Assembly: GCA_016748015.1 (NCBI GenBank)
Contig: JAAOMT010000094.1
Span: 398,457-462,456 of the forward strand
Direction: 5' to 3'
Source of the DNA: Geosiphon pyriformis uo1
Lineage: Eukaryota > Fungi > Glomeromycota
Length of the DNA: 64,000 bases
Shown here: positions 39,777 to 52,408 of the stretch, piece after piece
How the letters are laid out: each line of letters begins with the position of its first letter
How positions within the stretch are numbered: position 1 is the stretch's first letter
The notes under the pieces: model-generated
Seen by the model: the letters and a program-made list of their open reading frames with translations, nothing else
The model's database searches: none
What the model was told of the DNA's origin: nothing
Position numbers and translations under genes: made by a program

Positions 39777-40756
39777 TATTACCAGACAAAATTAGAGATA
39801 TTGTTTAGCATAAAATTACTCTTATAATTCTTATCATTAGTTAGCATATATTATTGTCCCAAATTATTACTTATTACATTAGCAAAATATCCGAAATTAT
39901 TATTTAATTAATAATCCAATTTGTACATAACACAAATATAACCTAATTGTAATGATTAATCATGCAATACACTGAACTATGTAACATTCAAAAAGTTTGC
40001 CAAAATTTGTAGAAATTTGCCGAAATAATTGATAATTCACCAAAATATCTAATAGTTCACAGAAATAACTTGTAGTTTGCTGAAATGTATCTCTAGTTCA
40101 GCAAAATTGTAGAAAATAGCAAAGTTCAAGTTCATAGAATAGTGTTATGACAAGTTGTATAAAAGAAAAGCTTCTTTCTTTGAGAAAATGTATCTTACTT
40201 CAGATTGAACAATTAGAATTATCTTTTACACACAAAAACAAAATAAATATTAAATAATTTGAAAAGCCAAATTCTTAATTATTTCCCTTAAAATTAACCA
40301 ATTCCTACTAACAGTTTGAAATTGACTAGCTACCAATTTCAGTAAACTGTTAAAGCACTTCCAGGCCTGGATCTGAAATGACTTCCATAAAACATTTTTA
40401 CTTTTCTTTTACATTTCTTTTATTTTTCTTCTTTTCTTATTATAAATCATTTGGGTAGCCTACAGACGAGAATTTCTGTAAAAAAGTTGACTTTTACAGT
40501 AAAATAACTACACATTTTAGTGAGCTTCCAGACGAGCATTTTCTGGAAAAAATTTGACGTTTACAACAATGTAACTATACAAAGTAACTGGCACAGAATT
40601 GGTCATTCCACTTATAAGCCCAGCAGTTCAAATTATAAGAGATAATTTGAAGATAAATTCAGTTACTGGAAGTTCAACTATATACAGAAAACGTGAATTC
40701 ACAGCAAAACAGACATCAACAACATTAAGAAAAGAAACCAAAAATCTCCGATAACA
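39777..40756 (+). repeat. 3' LTR of C
   Basis: TATTACCAG...GATAACA after the PPT. Confidence 0.97.
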
Positions 40757-43700
40757 ATGGCTACTTGCCAATAATCACTGTTTAAATCCAGTGTTGAGAA
40801 CCATTTCTTTCTTTTAAAAGCATCAAATAATTCTTGAATCTGTAAAGTTGAGTAACTATTTTTATGAATTATACTGTTAAGCTTTCTGTAATCCACACAA
40901 AAGCAAATTTTTTCATTTTTTTTATAGACTAGCACCACTGGTAATAACCATAGATTCATTGATAGCTGAATTAGCTTGTTGTTTAACATCCAATTGATTT
41001 CTTGTTAGATGATTTCATGGTTTGCTAATGGTACTCTGTATGTTTATTGTTTGATTGGCATTGTATCTTCTGTCTTAATCTGATGTTGAATAATATTTAT
41101 TTTGCCAAATTTATTTTTATTCACAAAAATATCAGTGAAGTTGTTAAGTAGTATTTTGAATTGCATATATTGAAATAAGTCTAGATTTTTTAAATTTATC
41201 TATTCCAATTGTTTTGGTTGGAGTAGATAACATTTATTTTGTCTGTAAATAGTTTGTAATATGATATCCACATATTTACAAAGCTGTAAAAAGTCTGAAA
41301 TGTAAATTGGTAATTGATCCTCAACTTTAGTGATCAAATATCCGATAATAGTTCCTTCTGGAATTTCAATGACATCTCCAATTGTATTGTATATTGGGAT
41401 TTTGATGTGGTTATATTTCTTGGCTAGTATGTAAAAATTGGTAAATCTAATCTTTCTTAATTCACAAATTGTAGCTTCTGCTTCAAACATTTAGGCTTGA
41501 TCTTTTACTTTCCTTTCTATGATTAACATATATTAATTATATAGTAAAATAGAAATTGATTAATGGGTGAAGATAATTTTTCCCTTGTCAATAACTTTTT
41601 TTTTTGACATATTGACTGGTATATTTATTTTATTTGTGGATCCAAATCCACTTATTTTTTTTGTTGTAATTCCTAATTCTTCTCTTTTTCTCACTAATAC
41701 TAACTGAGTTATTTTAACCAAAGGCAGGAATATTGTCTGTGCTATTTTTTTATTTGGCTCTATTATATAGGCTTTTTCTGAGTTATTTTGTAGCATGGCA
41801 ATAATATTTCCTACATATTCTGCATCAATTATTTTTTCTCATATATTGATTCCTTTTTTTGCTAAACTATTTTTAGATGTTAGTTAAATCATGATGGTTG
41901 TTGAAATTTCCAGTGCTATTTTAAGATCAATACAGATGCATAAATGTGGTTCCAATTTAATAGCTTTTTTTCCTGAGTATCTTAGATCAAACTCTGTATT
42001 AGTATTATATACATATTCTGACATAATACTTTTGTTATTATTGCTGAACCATCTTAGTTTTTGCTCTTTAGATAAATCTGGAAGCACAATATATTGTTTG
42101 GGATTTAAATTAGAGTTTGAATCATTATTGTTGTTATTGCCATTTTAAATAAAGCTGGAATTATTGTTATTGTCATCATTATTATCAGAGTTTGAATCAA
42201 AATTGAATTTTGATTCTGATTTTGATGCACAGCTGCTGATTGGTTTTTCTTTCTCTGGAATTGTGTAAATTATTTGTGGTAGTTAATTATAAATGAAATT
42301 ACAATAATTACAGTATTCGAAGTTACTAGGAATGAGACAATATTTGTATAGCCTGACATTTAACTGTTCTAAATGCTGCTCTTGTTTTTCTTTGGTGGGT
42401 GTTAATTCTTGGTAGTGCTTGTGAAATTGTTCTGAGTTCATAAGATCAAGAACAATGTTTAGATTTAGGCTTCAATTGAATTCTATAGATTCTGGTGAGT
42501 TGTTTTTAATCACTTTTATTTCTTCTAATAACACTTTTTTTATTTTAATGAATACTATTTGCTAAATTTTGTCATTGTCATATGGACAACTATCCAGATG
42601 TTTTATGGCTTTTCTCTAGACGGCTTTTATAGGTGTTCTCTTTCTAAACCAATTGCTAATTAAGATTATGTATTGGCATGATTTGTTGCATGTTTTTCTT
42701 TGCTCAGGAATGTCATTTGACATTCTTTTATCTAATAGAGTTTTTTTACAAGCCAAGCAGAGTTTATTATTCTATTTTCCTTGTTATTTTGGTTTTCCAA
42801 AGCATTCAAGAATGCATGGGCAGCAATAGAACTTAGTTGTCATTGGCCATTTTTTATTGTTGCTACAATATATGCTCATTGTTGACAATTTCTTGCCACA
42901 ATTAATACATATTAGCTTGGATTAATGATAATTTATTTGGTGTGTGGTAGAGTGCAGTATATAAATAGAGGTGATAACTGGTGTTGATTTTTTCTTTCTT
43001 TCTTTCCCTTTTTTTTTTCCTCCAAAGTCAAAATTGGTGGTAGCTTGTTATGGTCTTTTTCAGTCTATGAGACTTGAAATGCTTCCTAAATAGGTTTTTT
43101 TTTCTTTTTTGAACTCAATTAGTTGTTTTAATGTGGTGAGTGCTGAGCTTAAAATGACCACAAATGGCTGATATTCACATGTGTTGACCATTCTGGCTGA
43201 GTTGTAATTTCTGAGTGGTTTAGTTAAGTATTGCATTTGCTTTTATTAGCCAGTCATTACCAATAAGAGCTTGGTATTGGGTGGCTTCTATGATTAAGAC
43301 TTTGATGAGTATAATAATGCCATTGACTTTAAAAAAAAAGGTGTTAATTTTGCCAATAAGAATTTTGGTCACTCCATTGGCTGTAATAATTTTAACACTG
43401 GCAGCTTAATCAACTTGGCAACTTAATTGGTCTATGAGTTGTCATGTAATGATGCTGTCTGCTAACCCACTATCAAGAATAAGCTTAATAGATTGGCCAT
43501 CAACTTTGAAATTGGTGTATATTGCTGTAATGAGTTTTTTTTCAAAAGCAGCTCCACTAAATAAGAGTGTTACAGATGGTTTTTCAAGTTCAAAAGGGAA
43601 AATTATTGCTAGTAATTTGTCATCAGTAATGGTGGTTGGAGGTATTTTGTTGTTAATTATTTGTTTTGGAGTTGGTTTTAAGTTGTTGGATAAGGCATCT

Positions 43701-45860
43701 TCTGGGGTAATCAGAAGACTTAAATAGTTTTGAAAATTCAGGTTTTGAATGTATTTGGTTCCCAAACTTTGTTGTCATGATCCTGATTGTTGGTTGGAAG
43801 AGCTGAAAATTGGTTGATACATAACTATTACCAATTTTCAGTTTTGTTAAATGTGAGTAATTCTTGGTCTTTGGTTTAGAGCTGAGTTTGATAGTGGTGT
43901 TTGAATTGATAGCATTTGATAAATTATTTGTGACTGTGGTGGTTGATAAATTATGAGTACTGGTGTTTGATAAATTGGTAGTTGATAAATTGGCTGTGTC
44001 ACTTGTGCATAATGTGGTTGAAGTTGGTATTGTTTGGGTGATTGATTACTAACATAATTCTGAGTTTGAAATTAGCAATCAGAATTTTGATATTAATTTT
44101 CTAATCATTATTTACTCAACTATTTGCAACATTTAAATTGCAAGTGTTTTTGTTTACCACAATAGTGGCAAATATGCATTTCCTGCTGTTACTGTTGATT
44201 GGTCAAGGATGATAAACATGATTGATTTTGGAAATAATTATGGTTTTCTTGATTATTTTGCCATTGTGGAGGTTGATAAATTGTCTGTTTGTTAGCTAAG
44301 TATTCTTCAAGTTTTTGGTTAATTGAATCACTGAATTGTTTTAGTTTGAAATCTAAGTCAGATAATCTATTTATTACTAGATTTATGGCTTGAGTGTGGT
44401 TGGGTTCTAACTTTGCTAATTCAAAATCTTTGGTATGTGTAACTGTATCTTGGAGTGTATTTGAGTGCATTGAATGTATTTTTTGTAGCAAGTTGCTGTA
44501 CAATCTGTGAATAAACTGATTCAGAATTTAGGGCATAATAAAATAGTCAGCTTCAATTGTTTGTATTTGGTGCAGATTTTTGTGGAAGCATTCCAAATAA
44601 GTAGTGACTGCTTCAGTGTCATCTTGTTTGATTGTGGTGAAACTATTAGCTAAGCAGTTAATACTATTATTATTACTAAAATATTGTAAAAACACAATTT
44701 TAAATATATTAAAGTTTTGTAATTTGTTGACAAGATTCTAATATCATAAATTGGCAGTATTTTGGAGAAAATATGGGATCACTTGAAATACTCTGATATT
44801 GTCCCAGTTATTTGCCATAATTGCTTTGGTAATGTTATTTAATTAGGCTTGGACATTATTTTTTTTGCCAGTGAATTTTTCAAGTTTTGCAATTAGAGTA
44901 TAAGTCATTAATCTAAGTAATAGTAGTTGTAGTAGTAATTGTTGAAGTGGTTATTGCTGAGATAATACTTGCAGCTGTTGAATTGGTTCAGCAATTGGTT
45001 CAATTGGTGGCTAGTTGATCACAATTACTAAAGATAAGTGTTACTGGTTAATAATGTTGGGGTTTGGATTGTTCTAATGTTTCTGAGTTCGAATATTCAG
45101 AGTTTTAACTTTTGGGTTTTCTATGATCAGGTTTTAGTAATTGAATTTTTGATTGTCATTTTCTTTTTTTTCTGATTTTGTTAGTTCTCAAGAAGTAGTG
45201 GTTCCAAAATTTGGTTGAGGTAGCAGTAATCAAAATTCTAATGGTGTTGGCAATTGCAATTTAAACCCTTCAAAATAATTGTCATAGGTTTCCAATAAGT
45301 CAGTCTTTGATTGTTTATTTTGAAATGGTATTTATGCTAATAGATGTTTTTGTATTTGCTGTGGACATGCCTGCTAATGTTATGTTAATGATACATCCAG
45401 ACATGTGATAATATAATGAGTATAGTGAAGATTTAATTTTTTGTTTCTTCTATATTGGTAATTGTATTCTTTTTGGGATTACTGTTAGTATTTGTAACTT
45501 TCTTTTACCTTTATCTGCATAGGTAATAGGAAATTGTTGTTGGATATATTTTTCAATTTTTTTATTGATTTCCCTGATGATTGGTGCAAAACTGTGATTT
45601 TGTGATAAGCTAATGTATTAATTTAATTCTGTATAAAAATTTTTCTTTGTTGATTTAATGTTAACTGGTCTTTCTAAAAAATCTGTGATTTTTTTATTGA
45701 CATAAAAATTAAAAACTGATTCTACTAAATAATAATTGTTGGTTAAGCCCAATTGTTGACAGTAATGTTGAAATAAAGATTTAGTAAATCCTAAATAGTT
45801 TGTCCTTATGATTTCTGATTCTGTCACTTTTGACTGGTTGTTTGTTAGTGCTAGTTTTCT
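40757..45860 (-). pseudogene. gag-PR-Cys-rich-dUTPase-RT (5' part) relic of B2
   Basis: Colinear with 9500-14740: LILDSG, EFDLRY...KIAQ...GFGST, FCVDYRKLN. Confidence 0.9.
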
Positions 45861-45890
45861 GTAAGATTATACTTTACAGAGAGCACCAAA

Positions 45891-46736
45891 TGTTACAGGT
45901 GATTTTTTGGGGTCTCAAAACAAATAACAAACCTGTAACTTAGTATTTAATAGCTAATATAGTTGGTAATATCTGAAAGTTTTGTAATCTGAAGGTTTTG
46001 GTTTAAGTTCTTTGTATAATAAACAGAAATTCAACAGTTGTTTTAGTAATCTTTTACAATTCTATTAAATTTCTTTTTCAGTATAGTGGCTGCTAATTTA
46101 GCAGAGATGTTCTTCTGGTAAGCTATCTTTACTCTATGTGATTTTTACTCTTAGTTTTTAGGTCTTTTACCAGACTAATCTTAATGTTAATTTAATTAAC
46201 ACTTGATTCTTAGTTAATTAGTAAACACCAGAAAACAACAGAAATAAAAAAATAAAATAAAAAAATAAAAAAAATAAAAAAATTAATCCAAGATAATAAA
46301 AGTTAATATTCTGTTAATAGTCATGATCAAAAGCTATTGTTCCAATGTGGTTAAGTATTCATTACTATTAAAATAAAGTATTGATAATAAGAAATAAGTT
46401 AAGATAGCAAATAATTATTTATTAATATTTGTGGTTTTAGAAGATTGTTTAGATAAAATCTAAACTAAGAGGTCTCTCTTTTCTGCTTTTAATGCTACTG
46501 CTATATATACATAATTAAGATTTCTCAATTCTTTAATTTTTCACATCAAAAATCCTAAAATTTTTGGAATCCTACAATTTTTTTGAGAAGAATTCTGGAA
46601 TTTTGGAATTCTTTGCACAAGAATCCTGTAATTTCTGGAATTCTGCAATTTCTCTGAAAAGAATCTTGGAATTCCATATTTTCTATATCTACTTCTGATT
46701 GGTTAATATATATATTACTATGACTTCTATATCCTA
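45891..46736 (-). repeat. 5' LTR of B2 (B1-type U3); terminal bases displaced to 52398-52408
   Basis: TGTTACAGG start next to the PBS. The missing end (TA)TGAGTAATA is found after the Tc1/mariner element. Confidence 0.88.
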
Positions 46737-46920
46737 TAATACAAATCATTCATAATTATCAAAAATATAGATCAGTTTAAAATTTTAAATAATAATTTTC
46801 ATGTGTTTTTATTTATATAATTATATTTTATTGGTTAATATACATGTGTTTTTAATATATTATTTATAATAAAAAATAAAATTTTATTAAATTTTATATA
46901 ATATAAAACCAAATACAGTA

Positions 46921-49027
46921 TTACAAAGTTTGAATATTATTTAATTTGTCTAATTCTTCAAGAATATTATCTGGAATTTTTCTATGAGATTTATACTTTT
47001 TTATAGCATATTTTACTAATTTTCTACTAAAACTTTTTCTATAAAGATTTATATAATACCAACATTTTCTTGAAAATTGTTTAATAGTTATTAAAGATAC
47101 TAATTTAAGACTTTCAGGCACTGTTTTTTGTAATTTTCTCCATGAATAATTGCATTTATTACATAATAAAATTTAATTCGCAATGAAATTTTAGAAAAAA
47201 AATGCACTTATGTTTCATACTTTCAATTAATTCTTCAATTGCATTTTTTTGAACAAAAAAATCAGATTCCAAAAATATTATTTAATGTGCACAATAAAAA
47301 ACTTTTGAAGAATCTTTGATTTTTTTTTTGCATTTTTGACATTCTAATACTAATTTTTTTGATGGTCATTTTCTTTGTTCTATTAATACTTGTTTAATTC
47401 CTTTAGACAATCTTTAAAGTTTTTCATCTGAATATATTTCTGGGAAGATCATTGATTGTAATTGATTATTTAATCCAAAAAAAGTATTTTGCATCAATGA
47501 TTGCTTTTCATCTGAACTTAAATTCATCTTGCTTGTAATTAAAACATCTTTACTAAATGCTACATGATTAGAGCTATTATTGAAGACAAATACAGCTGTA
47601 CAATCTGAATATAATTTCTCAAAAATTGAAATTGCTTTATATTTAATTTGTTTAAGAAGATGATCTGCTGTTCAATAACTATCTTGATTTATACCAGATT
47701 GCAAATAACATTGTGCCTTTTCTAGTATATTAAAATAGTTTTCTATATTATTTTGTTATAAACATAAATGTCTATCAATTTCAATTAGAAATTTACTGAC
47801 TATAATTAATCTTCCATTTTTTTTTTCTTAGTAGCAAATTTCTATTTTTAGCTTATATGCCATACTTGCCATTATTTAAATAAAAAATGTATTCATTATG
47901 AACTACAAAAACTCTTTTTTTTTCTCCATTAAGTAAGTTAGAATGTATTCAATCTATAAATTCACTTTCATACTTTGACATATATTTTTTATGCTTATAT
48001 ATTTTTTCTAAAAATTTTTTTCGAGATTGCAAGACATTATTTTTTTCATGTCTATTATAATATAGGCCTTAATGATATTGTTAGAATGAATAACCAAGAA
48101 TTTTGAGCCATCTTATTGCAGTTATAAGACTAATAGTTTTTTCTTTTATTATTCCAATATTAGAGAACAATTCATGCTCAATGAATTTTTTAAATATGGC
48201 TGAAATGGCATTAAAGTTTTGGTTTCTAATTCAAATATGACATTTTTCCACAATATCTTCATCATTAATTATTTTAATTATTTTTTGGTGTTTTTCATTT
48301 TTTAATGTTGGAAGCTTATCATTAAGCAACCAATACTTTGCAAGATATCAAATTCTTTATGCTTTTTATACACTATTATCAATAAAAATCTTCTGGGCAA
48401 TTTTTAAACTGGCATTAATTTTTTTATGTCTATTATTATCATTTAACAAGATAAAATATTCAAAAATAGCTCTTTTTTGATTATATTTGAAGACAGTTAA
48501 CTGAACATATTGTTTTTCTAAATGTTTTTTTAACTTTTGCCCTTTTTTTATTTGATTAATATACAAATCAATCTCACTTTTTGAATTGCTTGAAGATTTA
48601 TTAGATTTGGACCATTGTAAGTCTGTAGTTTGAGCATTACTAATATTAAAGAAAGTGGTAATTTTTTTAGTTCCAGCTGCTGCTTTGGTAAATAAACCAT
48701 TTGGTTCATATTTACTATAATAGGTTGACTTTGGTATTTTTTGTTATATAAAGGCCTCATTTCTTAGATAATTGTCATTTTTTTATATTAAACTAAGTTT
48801 TTTTAATTTGTATTTATTCTAATTATGACTTCTATATCTTCTGTATTATTTCATCTACTGTCATTATTGTCATCTCACTTTCTATTATTAATATCCAATC
48901 TGTTAAATTCATTTACTTTAATATTATAATCATTTATTGAAGTGGTATGTTGTGTTTTTTTATATGATCATTTTATATTTCTAACTTAATCTTTAGCTTT
49001 TCTTTTTTCTTTAGAATAAAGTGGCAT
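46921..49027 (-). pseudogene. DDE transposase relic (Tc1/mariner superfamily, fungal type)
   Basis: Motifs TAIRWLKILG, GLYYNRHE (GxYxDGHE), VVHNE..F..NN (HDE), VFVFNNSSNH (FDN), KGIKQVL.E, KFHCELNFI and KKYKSHR; catalytic Asp residues changed to Asn by G>A. Confidence 0.85.
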
Positions 49028-49213
49028 TTTTTTATATGATGTAATGTTAATTTAGTGTGTAATTAGTGCTTAGACAAAATTAAAGGATTTGAACCATGTA
49101 ATGTTATACAACAAAATTGTATCACAATAGAAATAGCATTTTTAACTCAGATATATATCTATTTTTTAAATTTTTTTGGTTCCAATTTAAACTTTAATTT
49201 CTGTTTTGTAGTT

Positions 49214-49854
49214 TTGGATAAAAAGCAATCAAAAAAAGCTTTTTCAGCATTCATCAAACAAAATTTTTTATTAGAATTGGGAAGATTATTTGAGCCAAAA
49301 ATTCAGGTGATATCAATAAAAATAATTACCACAAAAATCTCTTCGACTTATAACAAAAAATTTGAACAAAAAAGTCTAACATTGACAATTAAACAACTAA
49401 CTCAAAAGAAACCCAATTTTCAAATTGAAGCCAATTCCTTAGAGCTAATGAAAGATTTATTGCAAATAATTGTTGATCAAAAAAATAATAGTTAAGAATA
49501 TTTGAAATAGATTTCAATTTTAATATTACAGTTTAGTTGTAATCTTTTATTTTTATATTTAGTAGTTGACAATATGCTGAATTATTTATAGATTTACTGT
49601 CCAAAAAAGAATATTCAGAATATTATGATGTAATTGAAGAGCCAAGATTTTTAAACATAATTAAAGTTGGTACTATGCACTTCTTTTCTATTGATCACTT
49701 AATACTTGACATATGTTTTCTACATCACATCAATAGAAAATTCGAAAAGAATATCATCTATTTATGAATTTAATTAGAACTTGTAATTGATTTCGAAAAT
49801 GCTATGTATTTTAATGATGATTCATGCATTTTTAAAGATGCCAAATTTTTACAA
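49214..49854 (+). pseudogene. Intron-containing bromodomain gene relic (RSC/polybromo/Snf2-like bromodomain)
   Basis: Three exons: ...LMKDLLQIIVDQKNN (to about 49490); QYAELFIDLLSKKEYSEYYDVIEEPRFLNIIK (49563-49665); KIRKEY.SIYEFN..L.LI(F)ENAMYFNDDSCIFKDAKFLQ (49737-49854). Separated by GT..AG introns; two frameshifts in the last exon. Confidence 0.8.
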
Positions 49855-50124
49855 GTAAGAAGTTTATTAGGTCTTTACAAAAAAATCTGAGTTTTATTTA
49901 CTTGAATTAATACATTTCATATATTTTTTGCATTAAAACAAACTCATTAGAAAATATACAACACTAACAAAAAAGAGCTATTCAAGATTATAGGCTTTAA
50001 GACAACTTTAATTCTTCCAATTAAGGTAAAGCCAAAGATCTTTCAATTTCAATCTGATTTCTCTAAATTAACACCAACTAATATAAATTTCTTAATTACT
50101 GTGATAAGCTATTATATATCACAT

Positions 50125-51050
50125 TGTTACAAATGATTATTTGGGGTCTCAGGTCAAATAACAAACCTGTAACTTGGTGCTCAAAGTGATTGGTGATGAT
50201 GGTAATCTGAAGGTATTTTATCTGAAGGTTTTCCAATTGAATTCTTTGTATAATGGACAGAGATTCAGTGATAACAGTTTATTAGTAGTTTCCCAAAACC
50301 ATAGTTTGTCGATTGCTTTCTCAGCTTGATGGTTGATAATTCTCCTGGTACAATATCCTCCATAAGTGTATACCAGTGCTGTTTCCTGATGTCAGTTCCT
50401 CCATAAGTCTTTCAAGAGTAAGTATTGTTTAAGCAAGTTTATTTCTCTATAAGTCCTCCAAGAGTAAGTATTTTTAAGTAAGTTTTATTTCTCCATAAGT
50501 CTTCCAAGAGTAAATTCTTTAATCAAGTTAACAGACAACAAAGAAAATATAGAAAGATAAAAAAGAAAATAAGAAATAAGCCAAGTCAATTTGCAAGTTA
50601 GTATTCCATCAATAGCCGTGATCAAGAACTATTGTTTTAGTATAGTTAAGTATCAATTACTATTAACACTTCATGTTAATAGTGAAGAATGAATTTGATG
50701 TAGTGAATAATTATTTATTTGAGAATTGTGGTAACTAAGCTAAGAATTCTTGGTGTTGATTCTGTCTTTTCTGTTTCTAATACTACTGCTATATATACAT
50801 ATTTGAGATTCCTCAATTTTTCAATTCCTTGTGACAAAAATCCTGGAATTCCTGGAATCTTGTGATTCCTGATGAGAGAAATCTTGGAATTCTGGAATTC
50901 TGCAATTCCCTGTCGGAGAATTCTGAAATTCCTGGAATCCTGCAATTCTTCTAAGAGGAATCTTGGAATTCCACATTTACTATATCTACATTTGATTGGC
51001 TAATATCTACTGACTAATAATACTATATTTCCTATATTTTATGAGTAACA
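50125..51050 (-). repeat. Solo LTR (B-type U3) inside the Tc1/mariner element
   Basis: TGTTACA...GTAACA with a perfect ACAT TSD. Confidence 0.95.
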
Positions 51051-51564
51051 ACATTCTAATAAGTTGTTAAAATATTCAACAATCAAAATTCCTTTTACAG
51101 CCTAGAAAACCAATTCTAAAACTAGATTATAATTTGGTTAAATACACAATAAGTATTTTAGTCATTATATTTCTCTTTGGTATAATTTATTATTTAAATA
51201 TTAAATTTAACCAGAAACTTTTAAAATACAATATTATAGTCATTGAAAGATTATTTGTAAATTCAATATAAATATCTACATTATAATAAAAATAATACTG
51301 GTCAAAATTTTCAAAGTTGCTTACTGTTTCTTATCTTTTATAGATTGTAAAAACAATTTACAGGTTTTTTTTTTCAGATTTGATCAAGTTAATTTTTAAT
51401 CATAAATATTACTCTTATGTTTTATATTTTTAAGCTTTTAATTATTTCTCTTATTAGATAGAACACAATTTATTCTTAAAATTTTACAAAAAAGAAGTGT
51501 TCAAAACATCAGTTATTGAAAAACATATATTATATATATAATACTACAAAAAAAATAAGCTATT

Positions 51565-52025
51565 TATAATTTACTGCAGAATCTATTTATTAAAAAATTA
51601 ATTGCATTAATTTTTTTCATAAATTTTGAGCCATGCTCTTGTTTCAAAGTATAGGAGTTGAGACAAGTAATTAATCTTTTATAATGTTTCTTAATACCAA
51701 ATATTTTGCCCATAGTATTACTCTTGAGCCAACAGTCAATCATGTCACAGTTATTCTAATTTTTGCCTTAAATCTGCTGCTCTCAGCACCAAAGCTGGTT
51801 GTTCTCAATGTTTATTAAGAGAGATACAAAATCACAAATAGAGTGCAAATGACATTTCCAAATTCTCTGACAATCACTCATAGTACTTTTATGATTTTTT
51901 TGATGCTTGGTATGAACAATATTGATATTTGGATTTCTGTTCTAATAATAACAACCGAATATGGTAGTGGTATAAATAGAATATTCATAATTAATGATGT
52001 CGTGTCATTAGCAGAAGACATACAG
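51565..52025 (-). pseudogene. Possible third gene relic of the Tc1/mariner element, unknown function
   Basis: About 140 codons (YEYSIYTTTIFGCYY*NRNP...CQRIWKCHLHSICDF...DCWLKSN) with four stops, all explicable as transitions; locally less AT-rich. Confidence 0.4.
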
Positions 52026-52408
52026 ACTAAAAGATACTATATTTTTATAAAAAAGTGATTATTTAAAGATTAGATTAATATTAATTAAAAGTCTTTCTGA
52101 AAACAATAATACTTTGGTGATTTATCATGTGGTAATGTGACTTTAATAATTGCTGATTGGCTAAAATCTGATTGATCAGCATCCAAAAATTAAAAATTAA
52201 TAATAAAAGTGGCTAATTTTAAACTTTAATAACTTTATAAAATATAATATAATTCAAAAAATTAAACTATAAATGTGAAAGAAAATAACTTAATTTATCA
52301 TATTTATGGTTTAGTTTTTTATTATTATTAAAATTAGAAGACTAAATACAATTTAAAATTATATAGATTGTTTGATGACTATAAATAGTTTGCACCATAT
52401 GAGTAATA

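Larger units (their letters stand above)
30877..40756 (+). mobile_element. Full-length decayed Ty3/Gypsy element C (9880 bp) inserted in the RT of B2
   Basis: Two 980-bp LTRs; TSD ATGA/ATGG (empty site ATGG seen in B1 at about 9503); PBS at 31857; PPT AAGGAGGAGA at 39764-39773. Confidence 0.97.
46737..52397 (-). mobile_element. IS630/Tc1/mariner-superfamily DNA transposon with cargo (about 4.7 kb without the nested LTR)
   Basis: TA TSD at 46735-46736 and 52398-52399. 27-bp TIRs at 46737-46763 and 52371-52397 (19/27 identical, all 8 mismatches transitions). Removing the element restores the LTR end CCTATGAGTAATA. Confidence 0.85.
26897..52408 (-). mobile_element. Ty3/Gypsy element B2 (B family, apparently chimeric), host of C and of the Tc1/mariner element
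   Basis: 3' LTR 26897-27811, ORF3, IN, RT split by C, dUTPase, PR, gag, PBS 45873-45890, and 5' LTR 45891-46736 plus 52398-52408. Confidence 0.88.

Noticed and set aside
46555-46749. ORFs with repeated EFQ/RIP/GIP peptides (also 50715-50945) as repeat proteins
   Set aside because: They are translations of the GGAATTC array in the LTR U3.
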